Source: Candidatus Latescibacterota bacterium (GTDB lineage Bacteria > Latescibacterota > UBA2968). From it: a stretch of 64,000 nt of DNA. How positions within the stretch are numbered: position 1 is the stretch's first letter; each line of letters starts with the position of its first letter. The position numbers and the translations under genes are program-made. Below are positions 57,786-64,000 of the stretch, piece after piece. The stretch covers positions 352,001 to 416,000 of the forward strand of contig OZ244960.1 of assembly GCA_965222605.1 (NCBI GenBank). Reading direction: 5' to 3'. The notes beneath the pieces were generated by a model. That model worked only from the letters and a program-made list of their open reading frames with translations. It was not told the origin of the DNA and made no database searches.

Positions 57786-60761
57786 TTACACAACCTGCAA
57801 TTGTTGTCCCGATAGATTGTAATAAAGTCCTCGTTCTGCGATGAGCGTATCGTGCGTTCCCTGTTCAACGATATTTCCGTCATCCAGTACAAGGATTAAA
57901 TCCGCATCTTTTACCGTGCTCACCCGGTGGGCGATGATAAATGCGGTCTTGCCTTCCAACATAGTGTCTAACCCCTCCTGAATCGCTCGCTCGGACTCTG
58001 TATCCAGAGCATTTGTAGCTTCGTCAAAGATGATAATTTTGGGATCGCCATATAGTGCCCGGGCAATGGACAGGCGTTGCCGCTGACCACCGGAAAGTCC
58101 CACGCCCTGTTCCCGGATTTTGGTTTCATATCCCATTGGCAGGTCTTTGATAAAGTCGTGGGCATACGCGAGTTTGGAAACTTCCATTAAACGGTCCATA
58201 TCGACGTCTTTGACCCCCAGGGCGATATTTTCGGCGATGGTGGCATTGAACATGACGGGTTCTTGCAAAACCATCCCCACCTGACGCCGCAGCCATCCGG
58301 GATCAAATTCGCGCAGGTCTGTGCCATCAAGTGTGACGGATCCCTCTGTTGGATCAAATAGCCGGGGTATGAGTTTTACCAGCGTTGTCTTGCCCGCACC
58401 GCTGCGGCCTACTATGGCTACTTTCTGACCGGGTGATATGTCCAAATTTATATCGCTTAAGACATAAGACTCTGTCGATCCCGATCCATACCGAAAGAAC
58501 ACCTTGTCAAATTTGACGTGTCCCTCTACGTCTGTGAGTTGAACCGAATAGTTGCGATTGCGCGATGACTCGGTTCGCATATCGTAGATGTCGTTTAATC
58601 GGTCCAGTCCCAACTTTGCCAGTTGAATCTCCGGCCACAGGTTAATCAATCCCATAATCGGTCCCAATACCCTGCCACTGAGCATATTGAAAGCGATTAA
58701 TTGACCAACTGATAAGTCGCCCTGAATAACCAGATTCGCGCCATACCAGAGCACGATGGTGCTGCCCAAAGCATTGTTTAACTGTCCAAAAGACCCAAAT
58801 AGCATATTTGTTTTGATTGCGGTAAAACCAATTTTTATTTCCTGGGTCAGGCGTTCTTCCCATAGCCATCGCGTGGATTTTTCGACTGCGAGGGTTTTTA
58901 TGACTTCAATACCGCGCAGGGAATCGATGAGTACGGATGACCATTCCGAGCGGGCGAGAAAAGATCGTTGATTGATGGACTTGAGGATTGGGGTGTAGAT
59001 TAACGTCAGGATAATGCTGAGCGGTATGAACGCCAAAACCCAGAGTGTCAAATGGGTGTGGTAATAGAACATCAGGCCCAGATAGACAAAGATCATGACC
59101 GCATCTAAGACGGCTGAAATAGCCGTTTCTGTCAACAAGCTCCTCAAGTACTGGCTCTCTCGAAATCGCGTCATGATTTCACCGGTTCTGCGGAGGGCGA
59201 AAAATCGCATGGGCAGACGGAGAAGATGATGGTAGATATGCGATAACATCGAGATGCTGATGCGCGCACCCACATATCCAATCAGGTAGTTGCGCAGTGA
59301 TGATGTGGCGATCCGAAATAAGGCGATGATGATCATGCCCATTAGCAGGAGATTGAGCAGGCTGGTATCCTGGTGAACGAGGACTTGATCGAGGATCATC
59401 TGGGTGAACAGGGGTGAGGCAAGGCCAAAGAGATTCAGCACAAGGGAGGCGATCAGGATTTCGGTGAGGATACCGAGATATGGGCGGGCGAGTGGGAAAA
59501 ACCGCCTGAATGATGATTTTCTTCCCCTATATCTCGAGACCTTGTCGGTATATTCGAGTATTAAGGCGAGTTTGGACCATTTGTCTTCGAATTCTTTGCG
59601 GGAAATTTTTCTGCGTCCAAGCGCAGGGTCTGCAATCCATGCGTATTTTGAATTGATCCGGTATAGAACGACAAAGTGATAGCCTTCCCAGTGCGCGATG
59701 AGGGGCAGGTCTCTTTCTCCGATTTCACTGTATCCTATCCGCACGCCGCGCGTTAGAAAGCCCAGGTTTTCAGCGGCTTCGGCAAGTGCAGATAGGGATG
59801 TGCCTTCCCGCGAGACATTGGCCATGTCTCGCAGGCGATTTAATCCGATGGATCGTCCGTAATATTGACAGATCATGCCGAGACAAGCCGCGCCGCAATC
59901 GGTCTCATCGTGTTGCTTGATGTAGGGAAATGTGATGTAGGTTCGCAGTTTTCGAGGGCTTTGATCTGAGATGCTATTTTCAGGCTCGATCTCTATTGTT
60001 TTAATTCGATCATTTTGTGGCACTGTCTCGCGTTGTTCTTCTTGTTCATTCTGATCGGTCTTCTCGAAAACCCGGATGAGTTGGGGTGCGCTTTCAAGCA
60101 CTCTGGCGAGGTCGATGTGCGAAAGGGTGTAGAGCACGACTTCTGTTTCTGTTTCAATAGTGAGTTGATCGGAGTTGCCGCGAAAAAAGTCGCCCGGTTT
60201 TAGTATTTTGAGAGGTTGACCCATCTCTCTCAATTGCAAGGTTCCGCGGCCAATGAGGCAGAGCCTTTTTGCTTCTTCATCTCGCCATACTGTTTTTTCT
60301 TCTGCTACAATAACCTTCCGTTCCAGACATTGGAAAAAGAACTGCATGGCTTCCTGGAGGTTTACGGTGTCCAGTTTCAGAAATTTTGTGAAGTTCCGAT
60401 AGGCGATGTCCCGCACTTGATCAAGCAGGTAAGGGGTCAGTTTCCGATGCTCTGATACGAGGGCGTGAAAGTTGATCTGAGACATTTTCAGCACAGTTGA
60501 GGGTTCAACCGCCCGAACCGTTGCCCTGCGCGGTTTGCCCGTGAGCAATGCGCCTTCTCCGCAATGGTCGCCGGGAAAGAGATAGCTTAGGGTTTGCATC
60601 TGGTCATTGCTGTCTCTCGTTAAAACCCTGAGTTGCCCGGATACGACATAGTAAAAGCAATCCCCCTTGTCGCCTTCATAAAATAAAACCTCTCCGAGAT
60701 TGACCTGCATTTCCTCTGCAGGAGGTCTCAGAGAGGCGTATAGATCGGTTCGTTTTATCAT
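57786..60761 (-). CDS. Peptidase-containing ABC transporter (cNMP-binding, C39 peptidase, TMD, NBD)
   Basis: cNMP domain (EGDKGD.FY.V.SG...GEGALL...PRRATV) plus a degenerate second copy, C39 domain [11 protein letters not shown]...HFVV...[12 protein letters not shown] and LSGGQRQR. Confidence 0.93.
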   Translation of the reverse strand: MIKRTDLYASLRPPAEEMQVNLGEVLFYEGDKGDCFYYVVSGQLRVLTRDSNDQMQTLSYLFPGDHCGEGALLTGKPRRATVRAVEPSTVLKMSQINFHALVSEHRKLTPYLLDQVRDIAYRNFTKFLKLDTVNLQEAMQFFFQCLERKVIVAEEKTVWRDEEAKRLCLIGRGTLQLREMGQPLKILKPGDFFRGNSDQLTIETETEVVLYTLSHIDLARVLESAPQLIRVFEKTDQNEQEEQRETVPQNDRIKTIEIEPENSISDQSPRKLRTYITFPYIKQHDETDCGAACLGMICQYYGRSIGLNRLRDMANVSREGTSLSALAEAAENLGFLTRGVRIGYSEIGERDLPLIAHWEGYHFVVLYRINSKYAWIADPALGRRKISRKEFEDKWSKLALILEYTDKVSRYRGRKSSFRRFFPLARPYLGILTEILIASLVLNLFGLASPLFTQMILDQVLVHQDTSLLNLLLMGMIIIALFRIATSSLRNYLIGYVGARISISMLSHIYHHLLRLPMRFFALRRTGEIMTRFRESQYLRSLLTETAISAVLDAVMIFVYLGLMFYYHTHLTLWVLAFIPLSIILTLIYTPILKSINQRSFLARSEWSSVLIDSLRGIEVIKTLAVEKSTRWLWEERLTQEIKIGFTAIKTNMLFGSFGQLNNALGSTIVLWYGANLVIQGDLSVGQLIAFNMLSGRVLGPIMGLINLWPEIQLAKLGLDRLNDIYDMRTESSRNRNYSVQLTDVEGHVKFDKVFFRYGSGSTESYVLSDINLDISPGQKVAIVGRSGAGKTTLVKLIPRLFDPTEGSVTLDGTDLREFDPGWLRRQVGMVLQEPVMFNATIAENIALGVKDVDMDRLMEVSKLAYAHDFIKDLPMGYETKIREQGVGLSGGQRQRLSIARALYGDPKIIIFDEATNALDTESERAIQEGLDTMLEGKTAFIIAHRVSTVKDADLILVLDDGNIVEQGTHDTLIAERGLYYNLSGQQLQVV

Positions 60762-60803
60762 GTTCTCAATAGGGGTTATGTATGAAAGGAATATATGCGA
60801 TTT

Positions 60804-60830
60804 GTAGGGGCGGTGCCCCCGTGCCCGCCC
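60804..60830 (+). repeat. GTAG-type REP-like palindrome
   Basis: GTAG-GGGCGG-TGCCCCCGTGC-CCGCCC in an intergenic region. Confidence 0.6.
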
Positions 60831-60871
60831 GTTCTGATCCTTTTTTTTTGACCCGCTTTGCAGATTGTCTT

Positions 60872-61471
60872 TTACTCAGCTTCAAATAGACCCCACCTTG
60901 AGTCGGGTGAGTCCTTGATTATCGTCTTGTCCGAAAGCAAGACCTGAAATCTGTATCGACTGCCATTAACGGGCATCTGAGCATAGATCGAATAGCAACG
61001 CCGGCAAGCCGTTATCTTGATCTCTGTGTCGCAGGGGACACAGTCCCAAATCCCCATAGGCTTTCTTTTGCATCGCAGGCACTCGATTTGTTCAATCCGG
61101 TTTTTGTTCCGTTCCTGGAATTTCTCCAAATCGCCAGAAGACATGGGGCCTATATACGATACACCTGCAGAGTTGCACACCTTGCAGAACGACATTTCGT
61201 CACCGTCCATCGTTCGCTTTTCGCCCGAAAAGTCATCGTACACCATCAGACAATTCCCACACGCGAAAATGCCCTCCACGTCTGGCTCGCGGTCTTCAAA
61301 ACGTCTGAAGTACGCCAGAATATCAGACTTATCACTATCGGGCAATTGTTCATAAGGCTGCATTTTGGTTCCGCACTCGTGGCAGCAACAGCCAAAGAAA
61401 TTCTTTGCCCATCGGCCACCGATCACCAGGAATACGATAATGAGAATGGTCAAAATAATAAACGCTTCCAC
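60872..61471 (-). CDS. Hypothetical membrane-anchored Cys-rich protein
   Basis: N-terminal TM helix; 14 Cys including six CxxC pairs; GTG start with GAGG upstream. Confidence 0.7.
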   Translation of the reverse strand: MEAFIILTILIIVFLVIGGRWAKNFFGCCCHECGTKMQPYEQLPDSDKSDILAYFRRFEDREPDVEGIFACGNCLMVYDDFSGEKRTMDGDEMSFCKVCNSAGVSYIGPMSSGDLEKFQERNKNRIEQIECLRCKRKPMGIWDCVPCDTEIKITACRRCYSIYAQMPVNGSRYRFQVLLSDKTIIKDSPDSRWGLFEAE

Positions 61472-61540
61472 AGTCTGTTCCTCATGTCAGTGGTTATTGC
61501 TACGTCCTCTGCCTACGGGTTTTATCTTTATCCATCCCTA

Positions 61541-61580
61541 TCCATCTGCGTTCATCTGCGTTCATCTGCGTTCATCTGCG
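61541..61580. repeat. 10-bp tandem repeat (TTCATCTGCG) x4
   Basis: tccatctgcg-ttcatctgcg-ttcatctgcg-ttcatctgcg, immediately past the stop codon of the M16 gene. Confidence 0.95.
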
Positions 61581-61583
61581 GAT

Positions 61584-62945
61584 CTATTCAATCAATTCTT
61601 TAGTATCGTGAACGCGAATATCAACTTCAGGCCAGTATTTATTTAGAATATCTATGATGTGATCCTTAGGTCCGACAAAGATCATGATCATATTCTGAGG
61701 TACAAAGAACTTTTCGAGAAAGGTACGCACCTCAGCATCGGTAATCGACTTAGAACCACCTTTGTGAGTTGGAGGATTATAGATGGCTCGATATACCTCA
61801 TTGTCCAGTCTTCGCTGTGGTGTCAACAACTCATGAGCATGAGCATAGACGACATTGCGGCTTTCACGCAATTCTTTTATTTTTTTCCAAAAGCGAGGGT
61901 CGTCGGAAAGTCCTCGGATGAAATCGGATATTTTTGCGATCAGTTCTTCGCTATTCTGTAACTGGGGATCTGCATAAATTTCGAGAAACCTGATATTTTT
62001 TGATGATCGATAATCGCAAGCAGGACTATAGACCAATCCCAACTCTTCTCTAAAATATTTGTAGAGCAAACCTCGAACACCATATCGCCCAAGCGTCATG
62101 GATATCATTGGGGGAATATAATTTGTTTCACCTATACTCCCATAGGGGATCAGCCAATAACAGAAAACATTCTTTAAGTCTGAATAATTCTCAAAGACAA
62201 AAGCCGAAGGACCAAAATAATAATTGGCCTCTGAAGGTGCCAATGAATGCACAAACCCACCTGCCTGTCGCAGCAGTAGGGTCTCCCGTTCTTCTATAAT
62301 TGGACGAAGCATTTTGGCGATCTCGGTGGAATCTCGGTTTGAGATTACCTTGAAAAACACCACTTCTGTTTTCTGAAGCCGCTCATAATATTGCCTGATG
62401 TCCTTTTCAGAAAGGTTTTTCACCGTTTTTAAGGACCTGAGTTTCTTTATGCCTTTTGTTTGTGCAAGTGCAAAATTTCTCATAAGATTAGCGGTATTTC
62501 TCTCCAGATCATTCTGGTAATTAGTCACCTCTCGCTTTTTCACATCTTCCAGATCAGACTCAGCAAACTCGAAGTTGTGTATGAAATCGCGAACTATTTT
62601 TATAGACTCAGCGCAATTCTCGGATAGGGTATAAACGGATACGGTCAGGGATGTTGTGTTGGCAAAGACAGACAAATCAGTCCCTAATACTGCCAGTTGA
62701 TCTATGTACCCTCGCTTGTTTATGCCCTTCCAAATCAACTTTGAGGCTATCTCCGCCAGTCCATTTTGAGAAGGCGGTTCCTGGTTTTTCCCTGCTCCGA
62801 GAAAGACAATATCAATTCTTGTCAATGGCGCGCGTTTGTCCTGGCGATAAAAAATTTGGTGGTTAGAAATCTCTGCATAAGCGGGCAGGATACTACACAG
62901 AGAATACAGCACAAGGCCAAAAGTTACACTCTGGAGTCTATTCAT
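61584..62945 (-). CDS. M16B (insulinase-family) peptidase-like subunit, non-catalytic, with signal peptide
   Basis: Signal peptide ending AYA; GAG..E....NGLA lacking HxxEH; FREELGLVYS motif. Confidence 0.75.
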   Translation of the reverse strand: MNRLQSVTFGLVLYSLCSILPAYAEISNHQIFYRQDKRAPLTRIDIVFLGAGKNQEPPSQNGLAEIASKLIWKGINKRGYIDQLAVLGTDLSVFANTTSLTVSVYTLSENCAESIKIVRDFIHNFEFAESDLEDVKKREVTNYQNDLERNTANLMRNFALAQTKGIKKLRSLKTVKNLSEKDIRQYYERLQKTEVVFFKVISNRDSTEIAKMLRPIIEERETLLLRQAGGFVHSLAPSEANYYFGPSAFVFENYSDLKNVFCYWLIPYGSIGETNYIPPMISMTLGRYGVRGLLYKYFREELGLVYSPACDYRSSKNIRFLEIYADPQLQNSEELIAKISDFIRGLSDDPRFWKKIKELRESRNVVYAHAHELLTPQRRLDNEVYRAIYNPPTHKGGSKSITDAEVRTFLEKFFVPQNMIMIFVGPKDHIIDILNKYWPEVDIRVHDTKELIE

Positions 62946-63999
62946 TTGAGGATAGCCTTTCGGGAGAACTTAATCTTCTTATCCCCCATCCCACCAGCAA
63001 TACAAGACCAGCCAAAACCAATACCATAATCCCATAGTATAACGAGGTTCTCTGAGTTGGTTTTTCCTTTGTTGACACCGTTAGCGAAAGCGTTATGGAA
63101 TTGTCATCTCTCAGGTATTGATCTACCAGGCGCGGGATGTCGTCTCTGCGGGCAGATTTGAGATCTTGTATCAATTTTAGATACAGCAAGGGATCGTTGG
63201 CATGGGCGAATGCCCGCCCGAACTCATAGGCCATGTCTGAGCGGTCGTAAAAGTCGGAATACATTGATTTTAAATGCAAATTTTGGGCCGCAGTAAATTC
63301 ATCCTCTGAGACACCACGCGCCCTGATCTTCTCCAATTCTGTTTGGATAGCGGTCTCGATGGCATCTATGGAAGTGTCGAGCGGCAGGTCTGCCGTGCAA
63401 CTCAGCAAACTAAATCCTTTATAGTGGTTAAGCGATACTCTGAAAACCCTTGCGAGCTTAGAATCAATCACAGAAGACCGCAGGGAATTTGAGGTTTTGG
63501 TCAAAATGCGAGCAAGAATGAACAAGGTCGCATAGTCGCGATGGCCTAAATGGGGGGTGTGCCAACTCTTCCGGAATTTGGCAATAACGAGATCTTTTGA
63601 AGTATCTTTTACTCTTTTTCCGAGTATTTCAGGATTGGGGTATTGCGGAGAAGGCAATTCGCTCGATGATTCGCCTGGTATTTGCTCATTGCCATAAGCT
63701 TCATCCAGTTTGGTCAGGACATGGTCCATATCCACATCGCCAATCACAACGATCAATCTCTTTTGGCGACGCAGGAAATTATCATAGTACGCTTTCAAAT
63801 CATCAGGTTTGAGGTGTTTAATAAAATCTTCAGTGCCAATATATGATGACTGATTTTTACCATGGACTAAACCAAAAAAGCGATTGGTAAATTTTTTGGG
63901 TGGGTTTGCTAAATTACGACTTCTTTCCGTTATTACAATTTTCTTTTGGTTTTCAACGACCGCTTCATTGATTTTTGTATTGTAAAATCTATCGCGGTC
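62938..63999 (-). CDS. M16B peptidase subunit with C-terminal TM anchor (5' end outside window)
   Basis: Frame is open to the window edge (ENQKKIVITER, IGTEDFI..L..DDLKAYY, VVIGDVD); hydrophobic C-terminal helix followed by RR. Confidence 0.75.
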   Translation of the reverse strand, partial: DRDRFYNTKINEAVVENQKKIVITERSRNLANPPKKFTNRFFGLVHGKNQSSYIGTEDFIKHLKPDDLKAYYDNFLRRQKRLIVVIGDVDMDHVLTKLDEAYGNEQIPGESSSELPSPQYPNPEILGKRVKDTSKDLVIAKFRKSWHTPHLGHRDYATLFILARILTKTSNSLRSSVIDSKLARVFRVSLNHYKGFSLLSCTADLPLDTSIDAIETAIQTELEKIRARGVSEDEFTAAQNLHLKSMYSDFYDRSDMAYEFGRAFAHANDPLLYLKLIQDLKSARRDDIPRLVDQYLRDDNSITLSLTVSTKEKPTQRTSLYYGIMVLVLAGLVLLVGWGIRRLSSPERLSSNE

Positions 64000-64000
64000 T

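Noticed and set aside
61415-61471. VIGG in the Cys-rich protein as a double-glycine leader for the C39 transporter
   Set aside because: The preceding residues form a hydrophobic TM helix, not the acidic ELSxxEL-type leader.
61541-61580. CRISPR array
   Set aside because: Contiguous 10-bp units without spacers; no cas genes or repeat-spacer pattern seen anywhere in the window.

Overview
Bacterial chromosomal window in which ordinary catabolic and transport genes are interrupted by four AT-richer accessory blocks. The ordinary genes include an M20 deacetylase, an XDH-family molybdoprotein, a beta-hydroxyacid dehydrogenase, an FGGY kinase, an MsbA-like exporter, hydantoinase A/B, tRNA-Gly, an aminotransferase, a rhomboid, Fpr, an Ldh_2 dehydrogenase, an Opp-type ABC operon, an MBL hydrolase and an SDR. 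No integrase is visible. Block 1 (1.0-5.3 kb) has a PLD nuclease and a PD-(D/E)XK nuclease separated only by an IS200 and an IS5. Block 2 (8.0-11.3 kb) has DUF2442, a K+-channel-pore protein overlapping a small GIY-YIG-like protein, a GTPase-DUF697 protein and a higA pseudogene. Block 3 (26-34.8 kb) has an REase-TPR-GreA/B-C-PIN protein in line with Type III mod/res. Block 4 (43.3-52.8 kb) has a helicase-less Type ISP-like RM enzyme, a SMEK-STAND (Avs-like) NTPase, a DUF2806 protein with an antitoxin-like tail, a VapC-like toxin and an orphan antitoxin. The right end carries an M16 peptidase pair and a cNMP-C39-ABC/HlyD/PPIase export module with no visible substrate, flanked by two multi-CxxC proteins. 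The best candidates for something undescribed are the K+-pore/GIY-YIG pair, the DUF2806-antitoxin chimera and the substrate-less export module. All family calls come from reading motifs by eye, not from database searches.
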